Below the pieces are notes generated by a model, which was not told where the DNA came from, did not search any database, and saw nothing but the letters and a program-made list of their open reading frames with translations. This document shows, piece by piece, positions 63,824-64,000 of a stretch of 64,000 nucleotides of DNA. The DNA is taken from positions 5,142 through 69,141 of the forward strand of contig JABDKO010000227.1 in the NCBI GenBank assembly GCA_013002165.1. The letters are read 5' to 3'. Origin of the DNA: Rhodothermales bacterium (GTDB lineage: Bacteria; Bacteroidota; Rhodothermia; Rhodothermales; JABDKH01). Made by a program: the position numbers and the translations under genes. Within the stretch, counting starts at the first letter, position 1, and each line of letters begins with the position of its first letter.

Positions 63824-64000
63824 ATGGCAACCAGAGAGCGACGGGGAATGGTAATCAAGAATACGGATACCCGACCTGTGACTATCGCGATGACTACCAG
63901 AACGATCGAACTTCCGCCCGGCGGCGAAAAACCTGTCACGGCAGATGAAGTGAAAGATGGCACACTGCGTGACCTGCTGCAGGTCCGGGCGATCTCAATT
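63824..64000 (+). CDS. Hypothetical protein, 3' end cut by window edge (not in ORF track)
   Basis: The ATG is preceded by AAGGAG with a 4-nt spacer. The frame stays open for 59 codons to the window end (MATRERRGMVIKNTDTRPVTIAM...). Confidence 0.5.
   Translation, partial: MATRERRGMVIKNTDTRPVTIAMTTRTIELPPGGEKPVTADEVKDGTLRDLLQVRAISI

Noticed and set aside
1-64000. The window was searched by eye for rRNA, tRNA, CRISPR repeats, IS elements, integrases and phage genes.
   Set aside because: I recognised none. Intergenic regions are short apart from 25971-26849, 10653-11034 and 33199-33536, and none shows cloverleaf-like or repeat-spacer structure. A tRNAscan/Infernal run would be needed to exclude small RNAs formally.

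Overview
This is a densely coding 64-kb chromosomal window of roughly 50% GC by eye. I recognised no rRNA, tRNA, CRISPR array, transposase or integrase. Three proteins end in a YPNPF-type type IX secretion (T9SS) C-terminal sorting domain, so the source is most likely a Bacteroidota/FCB-group bacterium. Contents from left to right: (1) A glycan-assembly operon with three GT4 glycosyltransferases, a Wzy/O-antigen-ligase-like membrane protein, a sulfotransferase and a Cys2 AsnB-type amidotransferase. (2) Three large secreted proteins. Two are paralogs sharing a roughly 690-aa module of unknown function with a conserved single CxxCH heme-c motif. The third has six PKD domains plus a LamG domain. 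(3) A complete split-B lasso-peptide (RiPP) cluster at 18.7-26.0 kb, in the order PqqD-like B1, HPr-kinase-like kinase, B2 protease, Asn-synthetase-like cyclase, precursor, ABC exporter, nucleotidyltransferase. The 52-codon precursor gene (22523..22681) is absent from the supplied ORF track. (4) Redox and lipid-metabolism genes (AhpD-like, DUF3179, SCP2, two SDRs, thioesterase, ALDH), plus queE, an EEP-family lipoprotein and yjbQ. (5) A signalling locus in which a Ras-like small GTPase is translationally coupled to a soluble histidine kinase and a sigma-54 response regulator. It faces a divergent coiled-coil protein and a membrane protein with a Roadblock-like region and an OmpA-like domain. 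(6) Further genes: glgB/glgX/malQ, a YaaW-like gene, a YdbS/YdbT-like PH-domain pair, egtB-egtD, an M28 peptidase, a sulfotransferase-like protein, a GNAT, a CYTH protein, a PAS-GGDEF-EAL protein, polB, a BNR beta-propeller T9SS cargo, an ABC ATPase and comF. The best-supported novelty candidates are the lasso cluster with its unlisted precursor, the GTPase/two-component locus, and the CxxCH paralog pair. All functional calls rest on by-eye motif and family recognition; no database search, HMM or structure prediction was run. Domain boundaries are approximate.
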